From a virus (lineage: Duplodnaviria; Heunggongvirae; Uroviricota; Caudoviricetes): a DNA stretch of 64,000 nucleotides. Numbering within the stretch: position 1 is the first letter of the stretch; each line of letters begins with the position of its first letter. Positions 35,909 to 44,979 of the stretch are shown here, piece by piece. The stretch lies in IMG/VR virus record IMGVR_UViG_3300042363_000209. One strand, 5' to 3'. Position numbers and translations under genes: made by a program. The notes below the pieces were generated by a model. The model had not been told where the DNA came from and made no database searches. It worked only from the letters and a program-made list of their open reading frames with translations.

Positions 35909-36673
35909 TTAAAATATTGATAATTGATTAAGCATTATTTCTCCTTGCTCATAATCCATTGGTGTAGCATCATATGCATAATCATTAAAGAACTTATGTG
36001 CTTGGATATGATTCTCCATCCAAAGACTAGGATGTACTTCTTTCATAGCAAAGGTGGTATAGTTATACAACTCCCATAAGCTATCAGGTGCACCATAATC
36101 ATGTGTAGGATTCGTCATCTCTCTGCTAATAATGTTCATCTGTGTAGACTGGATGAACTGTTCTTCAATCATCATTCTACCAATCAACTCAGCTTTTATA
36201 CGTCTAGTGATTTCAATCTGCTTCATATTCTCTCTTTGAGTTTGCATCAACTTGAATGAGTCTGCAGCTGTCTTGATATAATCTCCAATAGCCTGTGGTG
36301 TGAAAGATTGAATCTCACCAACATGCTTCTTCTTGAATGCACCGTAGTCACCAGACACACAACCATTAGAACAAATTAATATACGTGTACCAATAGCAAA
36401 CTTTAATGTAAGTTGCTTGTTGTAGCTATTCTGCCAACCAACTTGTAATTGCATCTCACTATCTGCAACATTACTGATAGAGAATCTACCATTAGCAATC
36501 TGACCATTAGCAGCTGCTGAGTATGTTTGCTTGTCTAAAATGAAACCAGCTTTGCTAATACCATCTAATGTAAGGTCTATTAATTGACCATGTGAAACAG
36601 GCTTATATGTTCTTGTCTGTGCAGGAACTGGTGTGTTGAGAATTAACTCTTTTGTTGTGTTATAAATTTCCAT
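35909..36673 (-). CDS. Hypothetical protein (254 aa)
   Basis: ORF. Confidence 0.45.
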   Translation of the reverse strand: MEIYNTTKELILNTPVPAQTRTYKPVSHGQLIDLTLDGISKAGFILDKQTYSAAANGQIANGRFSISNVADSEMQLQVGWQNSYNKQLTLKFAIGTRILICSNGCVSGDYGAFKKKHVGEIQSFTPQAIGDYIKTAADSFKLMQTQRENMKQIEITRRIKAELIGRMMIEEQFIQSTQMNIISREMTNPTHDYGAPDSLWELYNYTTFAMKEVHPSLWMENHIQAHKFFNDYAYDATPMDYEQGEIMLNQLSIF

Positions 36674-36817
36674 CTTGTGTTAATTTAATTTCTGTGTTAA
36701 AATATTTTGATAATATACCTTCTAGGTTTTCTATTCCTATACATTCTACTTCATCTCCTTCAGAGGTTTCTAACCATTCTACATTATTTTGAATGATTTC
36801 TTTTAAGTTTTGTATCG

Positions 36818-37822
36818 TCATAAAATGTTTTTGTTAATTAAATACTTTTCTATTGTTTCTAATCCGTGGACTTTTGCAAGATCTGCCCAATCTTTAATCC
36901 CTTCAGCTAAATACTTACGTGGGACGTTAGCATAACCAAAATCAAACAATTTAGTAATTTGTTGTGAGTTAGTTACACCTGTGACATCACTGTCAAAACT
37001 TAATATCTGGCTATCAGAATTGGCTTTTAGGTATTCTACATTGTCTTCTGAGAAACAACCTATGCCCTCATTCTGTACAGCACAGCTACATGGGAATATC
37101 TTCTTCATCACCATATAGTCTTTCTTACTCTTATTGATAAATGCTACGCTGCAGTTAACTATATCTTCTTTACCGTCCATTACGGTGATTGGAACATTAT
37201 TAGGAATCCATTTGTGTTTCTTGTCTTCAAATGGCCTATATATCTTCCAATATTGTCCTTCATATAGATAACCAAATGTCATTTCTTCATCTTTAAGTGC
37301 AAACTTGCTCTTATTAAGAAATACATTCTTTATAGCATATACATTATTATCTCTAAGGTCTTGAAGATCTATGTGATATTGATTCCAATACTTAAGTTCT
37401 CTACTAGTGAACTTTCTGGTACTCACCTGGATGATAGAGTATCTCTTCTCAATCTGAGGCTGTTTGTATTCAGAGACTATCTTTTTATACTCTTCTGTTG
37501 ATTTACCATTACTGATACCTAACCCAAAGTCTTTATCTATAAGCTTTAGTGTGTCTATCATATTTGGTAGCATGAACAGCTTTTGTACAAAGTTAAAACA
37601 GTCACCTCTCAAACTTGTATCAGCAAAGTCTATAAATGATATATAACCAAGTTTGTTACCAATAACAAATGATGGATTATTCTCTTTCCTAAATGGAGAA
37701 TATGTAACCCTATTAAGTTTCCAATCATGATCTGGCATATAGAATCTAAATATATCATATTCAGATATCTTGCTGAGCACCGCTTCTATAGACAATTTTG
37801 TCTTCTTCACTCCTTTAATCAT
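36818..37822 (-). CDS. Hypothetical protein (334 aa), possible primase-like protein with degenerate zinc ribbon
   Basis: VTYSPFRKENNPSFVIG...GYISFIDFADTSLRGDCFNFVQ parallels DnaG CPFHDEKTPSF...YHCFGCGAHG..IDFV, with Cys replaced by Ser. Location within the replication block. Confidence 0.3.
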   Translation of the reverse strand: MIKGVKKTKLSIEAVLSKISEYDIFRFYMPDHDWKLNRVTYSPFRKENNPSFVIGNKLGYISFIDFADTSLRGDCFNFVQKLFMLPNMIDTLKLIDKDFGLGISNGKSTEEYKKIVSEYKQPQIEKRYSIIQVSTRKFTSRELKYWNQYHIDLQDLRDNNVYAIKNVFLNKSKFALKDEEMTFGYLYEGQYWKIYRPFEDKKHKWIPNNVPITVMDGKEDIVNCSVAFINKSKKDYMVMKKIFPCSCAVQNEGIGCFSEDNVEYLKANSDSQILSFDSDVTGVTNSQQITKLFDFGYANVPRKYLAEGIKDWADLAKVHGLETIEKYLINKNIL

Positions 37823-37882
37823 GATACATGTTTAATAAAAAAGCCCCACATTTCTGTGAGGCTTTTGTTGAGGATTTATATT

Positions 37883-38758
37883 TTAATAATCACCATCATC
37901 TTCAGCAATCACCTTGTCAGATGCTACCAGATTATCATCAGAGTTATAGTCTCTCAAGTCTTTTAGTGTATAAAAGTCTTTACAACCATACTCGCCTGTA
38001 ACGTTAATTACAAAACGCTCATGAGGTTTCAAATCTTTAGATTTCTTGGCACGTATTGCTTTCAAGTTATCAGATGCACTATAATCAAGTAATCTGAAGT
38101 TCTTTAAGGCATATGCAGGTAAGAATGCTTTGTTGTAGATAGTTTGATACTCCTTAGGACCATCTTCTTTCTCTACAGTTTTGATAGCTGCTAATGCAAT
38201 TACATTTGTAGCATATTCACCACCCACTTGACTCTTTAAGTCTTTAACATTACCTTTCATTAACTTAGACCACTCAATCTGTAATGTAGATTCAGCATCA
38301 CGTAAGTCAAGATTACCCATCCAAGTACGTAAGAAGTTGTATAAATCTTCTTCACCTACATAAGCTACACGATATTCTCTACCTGAGAACCATGTTGGTA
38401 AATTGTTTACATCATCAGCCCAAGAACACATACCTACAGCATTGATATACTGCTTCTTAGTAGCATCTTTGTTTTCTTTCTCTTTGTTTTCCAAGAAGAA
38501 AGTCACCTTGAACTTGTCTTTGTTCTTAACTTCTTCCAACCAAACATCTACACGCAAAATGGTGTTACCATCATTGTTCTTGCTTAGATACTCAGTTGCT
38601 TTACTGTCTTCTTTCAATTCCATTCCTAGAATGTCCTTGTACTCTTCTGTAGTTGGGTTAATTGTCACTACTTCAGCTTCAAATAAACCTACTTTCTTCG
38701 CAAACTCTTTGTTGTCAAACTGTTGCGATTCTCTTTTTTTGCCTCCAATGTTACTCAT
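37883..38758 (-). CDS. Putative single-stranded DNA-binding protein
   Basis: Acidic C-terminal tail ...SDKVIAEDDGDY, typical of phage SSBs. Replication-module location. No strong OB-fold motif seen by eye. Confidence 0.3.
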   Translation of the reverse strand: MSNIGGKKRESQQFDNKEFAKKVGLFEAEVVTINPTTEEYKDILGMELKEDSKATEYLSKNNDGNTILRVDVWLEEVKNKDKFKVTFFLENKEKENKDATKKQYINAVGMCSWADDVNNLPTWFSGREYRVAYVGEEDLYNFLRTWMGNLDLRDAESTLQIEWSKLMKGNVKDLKSQVGGEYATNVIALAAIKTVEKEDGPKEYQTIYNKAFLPAYALKNFRLLDYSASDNLKAIRAKKSKDLKPHERFVINVTGEYGCKDFYTLKDLRDYNSDDNLVASDKVIAEDDGDY

Positions 38759-38782
38759 TGTTTTCTCTGTTTTTGTTTATGA

Positions 38783-39454
38783 TTAATTATAATACTCGTC
38801 TATTGCATTTACAACTGATTGTAAATTGTTTGGAATCTTTACTTCTGTAAACATACCGTCTGGACTCTTAGCTGGATACTTTCTAAAACGATTAGTTAAG
38901 AAATTATAATTAGCTGAGCCATCTTTGTTGTCTTCAACATGTGTGTATAAGCACACAGTTAACAAACCTTCAAGAACAATCTGATTATCAATTAACTTAC
39001 CTGCTGTTTTAATCTTATATCCTATAATCTCACCACCATCTTCAATAGTTTCAGGGTGTGTAAAATAGAACACTTTGATATCATCACGTAAGCGTCTTGC
39101 TTCTCTGAATAGTTCCACCATATCTCTAGCCATTAGAGTGAATTTGGTAAAACCAACCTCTGTAGCTTTAGATACAATATTGAATCCCATAATGTAATTA
39201 GAGTCTTCAATAATGATGTTCTTGATGTGAGGAGCTTTTTCTGAAATCACTCGTAATAACTTTGTGATTTCAATTGCATCATCTACCTCTTTGTAGTTCT
39301 TGCTCTCCAAATTGTACAACTTCTCTGCTCCCTTAAAAGGTAATTCCTTTTTAGCAACGTTGATGATGTAAGTTTCCTTTGGATCTAAATGTTTGATTGA
39401 TGTGGATTTTCCTGTACCAGTGGCACCCACGATACCAATTAATTTGCTTGACAT
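38783..39454 (-). CDS. P-loop NTPase (223 aa)
   Basis: Walker A GIVGATGTGKSTS. Confidence 0.5.
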   Translation of the reverse strand: MSSKLIGIVGATGTGKSTSIKHLDPKETYIINVAKKELPFKGAEKLYNLESKNYKEVDDAIEITKLLRVISEKAPHIKNIIIEDSNYIMGFNIVSKATEVGFTKFTLMARDMVELFREARRLRDDIKVFYFTHPETIEDGGEIIGYKIKTAGKLIDNQIVLEGLLTVCLYTHVEDNKDGSANYNFLTNRFRKYPAKSPDGMFTEVKIPNNLQSVVNAIDEYYN

Positions 39455-39457
39455 ATT

Positions 39458-39670
39458 TTAACTGTTTTGTTCGTCCAAAGATACATTAATTTCATCAGTT
39501 TTCAAAATATTTATTTTAGGTTTTAATATTTCTGGATTAGCTATAACCTCTAAATAAAAGGCTTCTGCAGAAGTTTTTTGTGCAAACCATTTAATATTGG
39601 CACCATCAATTTTTACTAAAAACATAGTACCACTTCCTATGGAAGTCTCTTCAATTAATTCTATTTTCAT
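39458..39670 (-). CDS. Hypothetical protein (70 aa)
   Basis: ORF coupled to the helicase gene. Confidence 0.35.
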   Translation of the reverse strand: MKIELIEETSIGSGTMFLVKIDGANIKWFAQKTSAEAFYLEVIANPEILKPKINILKTDEINVSLDEQNS

Positions 39671-40767
39671 ATGTATTTTATTTTGTTTTTGTCAAAGAAC
39701 TCTAACGCTTTATTGAGCCATTTCTTTTCCACTTCTTCCGTGGAACACACTATGTATATGTGTGCTTTTTTGTCTGGTGTATTATACTCCATAGCCATGC
39801 ATCTATTAATCTTTTGTGCTAGATTTTCACCATTGCTATCAAAGTAATTGATAATCACACGGTTAAGTGGTTTATACGTAACACCAGTGTTTCCAATCTT
39901 TACAACAGCAAGGTGATTACCCTCACCATTAGCAAAGTCTTCAAACACTTCTTTATCTCCTGCTTTAGAATGATACACAGGAATGCCTAAACTATCAGCA
40001 ATACTAGTGACACCACAGAATACCAATACACGTTCATCTCTGTGCTTTTCTAACAGTTTTTGAGTTAAACAAAGCTTTGCTACACTGTTCTGTACAATTC
40101 TCATTCTGGCTAGACGTAAGAACATAGTTGCCTTACCTTGTCTTTCCATTTGATCTATTACCCATCCATATGCATCAAACTGTTTCTTCTCAGTTTTCCA
40201 CTTACCCTTATAGTTGTATTTAATTACATCATCTAAAGGAGTGGTTACCACTGTTATTTCATAGTCTACAATAACACCTTCTTCAATAGCTTGTTCTATT
40301 GGATATTCTGCCAATACATTCAGTCCAAGCTCTTCTCTAAGCGTTTTCTCTGTATAGCTAGATAGCGTACCAGTTAAACCAAGTACATTTATGCATTTTA
40401 GCTCCTTTACAGCCTCTATTTGTGCTTCTGAGAGTAAATGTATCTCATCAAGTACAACTAAGTCATAAACAGCTTCTGTGTGCTTTTTAATGGATAAATG
40501 AGTGGTATACGTTATATTAGGATTATTATACTTTCTAGCGTTGAAATCCTCTTCCCAAGATGTTTTAATCTTTAAATCAGGATAGGCTATTAGTATATTG
40601 ATATCCTTATCTAGTTTCTCTAGTATGTTAATGGTAGTATAAATCTTACCAAATCTAGGACATAGATTAAGAATACCAAACTTACCGTGCTCTAAGAATA
40701 TATTAGCAAATTCTTGCTGTCTATTATCCCTTAAAGTAGGCTTCTGGTTCTTCTGGAGGGTTGCCAT
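39667..40767 (-). CDS. SF2 (DEAH-type) helicase
   Basis: Motif I LCPRFGKIYT. Motif II LVVLDEIHLL. Motif III-like GLTGTLS. Confidence 0.6.
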   Translation of the reverse strand: MATLQKNQKPTLRDNRQQEFANIFLEHGKFGILNLCPRFGKIYTTINILEKLDKDINILIAYPDLKIKTSWEEDFNARKYNNPNITYTTHLSIKKHTEAVYDLVVLDEIHLLSEAQIEAVKELKCINVLGLTGTLSSYTEKTLREELGLNVLAEYPIEQAIEEGVIVDYEITVVTTPLDDVIKYNYKGKWKTEKKQFDAYGWVIDQMERQGKATMFLRLARMRIVQNSVAKLCLTQKLLEKHRDERVLVFCGVTSIADSLGIPVYHSKAGDKEVFEDFANGEGNHLAVVKIGNTGVTYKPLNRVIINYFDSNGENLAQKINRCMAMEYNTPDKKAHIYIVCSTEEVEKKWLNKALEFFDKNKIKYI

Positions 40768-40939
40768 GGTTTATAATTATTGTATGTGACCAAAATAACC
40801 ATTCTATATTAATTGCTACATACGGATCAAACTCCTGTATGTTGTTCATAATAGCTACAGTTGGTATCAGGACTACCTGCCACCAATGGCTATCTTTGCT
40901 TGGTAAAGTGTTGTACACTTTGCTTGTTATTCTCATGTT

Positions 40940-42007
40940 TTATTTGTTTAGGAAATACGTTTTATTTAATACAGAACTATAGTCATCTTCAGTCATGTCT
41001 CTTTGTCTTGGTAGCTCTTTGAACATACCAATTTGACCTAGGAATCCTAAGCCTATTCTTACATCATCCTCACCATAACTATTCTTAATTAGTCTTAGTG
41101 ATCTAAAATACTTAGCACCAAAATCATCTGTTAGTCTGTTAAGATCGTAACCAGATGGGTCTGCCACCTTATATCTCATAGGATCAAACAATGCTAATAC
41201 AACATCAGCATCATCCTGTGTAGAACTTGATTCTTTGAAATCTTCTAGTCTTGGCTCAACGTCACCATTCTTTAGTCTCATTTGATTAGAGATGTCACGG
41301 TTAAACTGACTAACAACCACTGGACTAAATCCATACATATCTCTAGAATATCTTAGCTCATCAGACATCTTGTCAATAGCTTGCTTTTTTGTAGGCTGGT
41401 CCTTAGTAATCTTCAATAGACCAATATGATCAACAATAACAAGTGTAACTGCATTCTCATCATTAGGAACGTATTTCTTGTTATATTTATCTATTTCTTC
41501 TATTGTACCATTAGCTAATGCATGTTCTTTTAGATGCTTAGCAATACCTATAGCGTTCTCTGGACCATCAATGATTGTCATCACTTCATTCATCTCTCCC
41601 ATGTAATCTTCATACATTAGAAATAGATCATGTTCGTCATGAGTCATCTTATCAGTCCAACCAAGCATTTTATTAACAGGAATGATTATCCCTTGGTCTA
41701 AGAATATTTTACGAGATACCCATTTAGCAAACTTGTATGTTCTACTACGCTCCATGGATCTGTATATAATCTTCAGTTTAATGTTTGTCTTGTTCTCTTT
41801 GCTTATGTACCAATCAAATGGATTAAGTACATATGCATCATCAATGAATGATGTTTTACCAGAACCAGTTAGTCCGCCCACAAGAGTATACATAGACTTT
41901 CTAATGCCTATATATCTGTTCAATCTGTTAAAGCCCATAGGAATACCATTGTTCCTACCGTCCATACCGTCTTGAACTGCTTTCTTTAAATCGTCAAAAC
42001 TACTCAT
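40940..42007 (-). CDS. DnaB-like (SF4) replicative helicase
   Basis: LVGGLTGSGKTSFIDD (Walker A), VIVDHIGLL, SPVVVSQFNRD (compare DnaB VIALSQLNR). Confidence 0.6.
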   Translation of the reverse strand: MSSFDDLKKAVQDGMDGRNNGIPMGFNRLNRYIGIRKSMYTLVGGLTGSGKTSFIDDAYVLNPFDWYISKENKTNIKLKIIYRSMERSRTYKFAKWVSRKIFLDQGIIIPVNKMLGWTDKMTHDEHDLFLMYEDYMGEMNEVMTIIDGPENAIGIAKHLKEHALANGTIEEIDKYNKKYVPNDENAVTLVIVDHIGLLKITKDQPTKKQAIDKMSDELRYSRDMYGFSPVVVSQFNRDISNQMRLKNGDVEPRLEDFKESSSTQDDADVVLALFDPMRYKVADPSGYDLNRLTDDFGAKYFRSLRLIKNSYGEDDVRIGLGFLGQIGMFKELPRQRDMTEDDYSSVLNKTYFLNK

Positions 42008-42195
42008 ATTTTACTTTTTTCAAATTCTTCTTGTGTTGTGAAATCAACGTGTTCTTCGCAGTCTTCACACCATCTATCTCCACTATCATCACTACAGTCA
42101 CTTGCAAACTCACCAGAGTTTACATATTGCCAAACTTTTAATTGGATAGAATCTGCTGATCCACATTTTTCACATACCAAAATTTCATTTTTCAT
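42004..42195 (-). CDS. Small zinc-ribbon protein
   Basis: CEKCGS...CEDCEEH. Confidence 0.35.
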   Translation of the reverse strand: MKNEILVCEKCGSADSIQLKVWQYVNSGEFASDCSDDSGDRWCEDCEEHVDFTTQEEFEKSKI

Positions 42196-42818
42196 ATATC
42201 TGTTCCTCCTCTTACTATTGGTTCTTCAACCACGGTTTTACCTTCTCTAATTAATTCAATGAAGGGCTCAAATGTTCTTTGATTTAAATACGTGAGACTA
42301 TTCTGCATAAACGTTAACCTATTGGTCTTTGTTTTTACAGAATTCTCTTTCTTCTGAAGCACTTCATATTCTAATGCTGCTATCATTTCCTTGATAGTAT
42401 ATTCACCTTCAGCTAGAATAGCGTAAAGCTTGACTTTACAGTCATCTTTCTTTACACGCATGCTTCTTGTACCTGTGAAAGGTTGTTTTTTGTGTGTGAA
42501 TGTGTCTGTACCTGGATAAGCTTTCCACCACTCATCAAAATCATTAGCATCTTTTTTCTGCTTAACGAACTTTGTTTCTGGTGTACCAGCTTCATCTAGA
42601 AATCCTAATACAGATTTACCAATGACAGTGAGCTTAAAAGATTCACTAATTAAACCTTTTCTTCTCACTGTCTGGCAAAGCATTTGTAGTTTTGGATCTG
42701 AACACATTTGTTCCACATCAACACCTTCTTCCACAAGTTTAAGGAAATAGATTATATCTAGCGTATAGCCAGCTTTAATAATCTCCTCAAAATGGTAGTG
42801 CGTTACTGTGATGTTCAT
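42192..42818 (-). CDS. Hypothetical protein (208 aa)
   Basis: ORF. Confidence 0.4.
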   Translation of the reverse strand: MNITVTHYHFEEIIKAGYTLDIIYFLKLVEEGVDVEQMCSDPKLQMLCQTVRRKGLISESFKLTVIGKSVLGFLDEAGTPETKFVKQKKDANDFDEWWKAYPGTDTFTHKKQPFTGTRSMRVKKDDCKVKLYAILAEGEYTIKEMIAALEYEVLQKKENSVKTKTNRLTFMQNSLTYLNQRTFEPFIELIREGKTVVEEPIVRGGTDI

Positions 42819-43005
42819 GTTGTTTGTCTAATATATTGTGTTTGTCAACAACTGTTATTATTGCTGGTTTTCTATGTAATTCTCTATGAATTTCATCAGA
42901 AATCAACTGTTTTTCTTCATGCAAATATATGAAATCTTTTAGAGCTTCACGCTCCCAATCCTCAGTTATTTGTAGGTTTTTTTTCATCTTTCTTATATTT
43001 TTCAT
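42787..43005 (-). CDS. Hypothetical protein (72 aa)
   Basis: ORF. Confidence 0.3.
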   Translation of the reverse strand: MKNIRKMKKNLQITEDWEREALKDFIYLHEEKQLISDEIHRELHRKPAIITVVDKHNILDKQHEHHSNALPF

Positions 43006-43195
43006 TGTTCCAAAAGTAACTACAAGATAATGTTACAACACCTAAATTAGCATTGTGTTCATCTAGCATCATGTTCACTTTATATGGAGGGTCTGAGAAA
43101 AATGATTGACCTAAATCATCAGCTGTTGCTGTATATCTGTGGCATGTAAGTCTTAGCATACAACTACCACCTTTGCACATTGAAATATCTGGCAT
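42962..43195 (-). CDS. Hypothetical protein (77 aa)
   Basis: ORF. Confidence 0.3.
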   Translation of the reverse strand: MPDISMCKGGSCMLRLTCHRYTATADDLGQSFFSDPPYKVNMMLDEHNANLGVVTLSCSYFWNNEKYKKDEKKPTNN

Positions 43196-43196
43196 A

Positions 43197-43472
43197 TTAT
43201 TTGGTTTTATGATTAATGTAAATACGTAATGTTTTTTGTGTATCTTCTAATAAAGCTATCACTTTAGAATTCTTATCCCAATTATAATACTTAACCACAC
43301 CATCTTCTACAACCTCAATTTGTGTAACTAGTGTAGTGTTTAATATATTTTTACTAGGTAGAGGTAGTTTGTTTAGGGATATGTCCCTTGTACTCATTGG
43401 TCTGTGATAAGGATATTTTCCTGACATATGTTTAGTTTTAATTATTCTGCTGCATAACCAAAGAATATCCAC
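43197..43472 (-). CDS. Hypothetical protein (91 aa)
   Basis: ORF. Confidence 0.35.
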   Translation of the reverse strand: MDILWLCSRIIKTKHMSGKYPYHRPMSTRDISLNKLPLPSKNILNTTLVTQIEVVEDGVVKYYNWDKNSKVIALLEDTQKTLRIYINHKTK

Positions 43473-44047
43473 TCTCCATCTCTTTCAGTAGTGGATTTCT
43501 TGTATGTTATCTTAGCTACTGTCTTATTAGCTTTATCAAGAACCTTCTCCATTGTTATATATGTAGATTCTATTGTCTTTTCTGTATGTGCTCTAGCTTT
43601 TGTAACAGCTTCGCCTTTAGTAAGATATGCACCAATAAAAGTATCATAACCAGAATATACAAAATACTTAAGTATCCACTTCTTGGTACCAGGTGTAACT
43701 ATGTGCTCCACTTGAGACTTAGTCTTATTTTTATTAGGAACAGGTTTTAGAACACATATAGCTGAACAATCACGTTTGTTCATAGTATGACTATCAAATC
43801 TGTCACGTATGTAAGTAGATACATCATTAAACTTACTTTTATTATATGCTTCTGTTTCATCTCTAAATCCATGAGTAGTACTAATTGTACCATTATATCC
43901 TTCTTGATGACCATATTCATCTTCAGCTATTTCACAAACTCTTTTATATGCTTCTTCTGCTGTTTTACCAGTACTTCTTTCTTTAAATTGACATGCTCCC
44001 ATAATTATCTGTTTAAAATTTGATCTAATTGTTGTTGTGCGTCCCAT
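43442..44047 (-). CDS. Hypothetical protein (201 aa)
   Basis: ORF. Confidence 0.4.
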   Translation of the reverse strand: MGRTTTIRSNFKQIIMGACQFKERSTGKTAEEAYKRVCEIAEDEYGHQEGYNGTISTTHGFRDETEAYNKSKFNDVSTYIRDRFDSHTMNKRDCSAICVLKPVPNKNKTKSQVEHIVTPGTKKWILKYFVYSGYDTFIGAYLTKGEAVTKARAHTEKTIESTYITMEKVLDKANKTVAKITYKKSTTERDGEWIFFGYAAE

Positions 44048-44184
44048 CTAGAATAGAATGGACCGCTGTGTTTCTTTTTTCTAGGTATCATAGTAAATAT
44101 CCACCAATTAATCATCCTTTTTCCAAGTGAAGATCTTTGCCCCACTTGAACAGGTCTTACTATATATTTTTGTTCAGGCATAAA

Positions 44185-44439
44185 TTAGTCTTTTATACGT
44201 AAACCAAATTCTAAATCAAACCAGTCAAAGTTTGCTTCCGCTCTTCCTTTGTTTATTTTAAATACTTTTTTCATTAATGGTATAGCGTATGCTTTAAACT
44301 CCTGATGTTGTTGTGAAGTCATAGTCCATTTACTGTACCATTCTTTTGTCATATATGCTTCTTGCATAGACTTACCAATCATGTTTAATTGATAATCAAC
44401 TAGATGATTACCTATATTTTCTCTATTTATCTTTGCCAT
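44185..44439 (-). CDS. Hypothetical protein (84 aa)
   Basis: ORF. Confidence 0.35.
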   Translation of the reverse strand: MAKINRENIGNHLVDYQLNMIGKSMQEAYMTKEWYSKWTMTSQQHQEFKAYAIPLMKKVFKINKGRAEANFDWFDLEFGLRIKD

Positions 44440-44627
44440 TAGAATGTATCTATTTGTTTAATTATTTCATCGTAGTCATAGATGTCTTCTTCTTGATCTG
44501 CTTTCATTAATAGTTTTGCAGCTACTTTAGCACATTTTTTAGCTACATCTATACCTGTATATGGATCTTGTCCTATAATTGGTAGGAATTCCATTACTAG
44601 TTCTGCTGCTTTATGTTTGTTGTCCAT
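44439..44627 (-). CDS. Hypothetical protein (62 aa)
   Basis: ORF. Confidence 0.3.
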   Translation of the reverse strand: MDNKHKAAELVMEFLPIIGQDPYTGIDVAKKCAKVAAKLLMKADQEEDIYDYDEIIKQIDTF

Positions 44628-44628
44628 G

Positions 44629-44979
44629 TTATTGTTGTTTAGCTACATCAATAAACCATTTGATAGCTGCAAGTTCTGCTGCTTCATATGAATCATTGTT
44701 TTGTAATAATTGTGTTGTTGGTCCATAGTGTATAACAGCTATATTTGTTTTACCTATAGAATAAGTGAACTCATACTTCTCTCTGAAGAATCTAAATGCT
44801 TGTTGATAAAGTGGTGCTTGTACACAATTATTAATATTAATAGAATCATTTCTATATATGAGCCATTTTAACTCTAAATATTCTTCTCCTTCTCCTAAAT
44901 AATGTGCAGCACACTTCTCATTAAATCCTAGTTCTTTAAGGTCTAATGATTCTTGATATGGTAAAAATTCTTTTTTCAT
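44629..44979 (-). CDS. Hypothetical protein (116 aa)
   Basis: ORF coupled to polB. Confidence 0.4.
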   Translation of the reverse strand: MKKEFLPYQESLDLKELGFNEKCAAHYLGEGEEYLELKWLIYRNDSININNCVQAPLYQQAFRFFREKYEFTYSIGKTNIAVIHYGPTTQLLQNNDSYEAAELAAIKWFIDVAKQQ

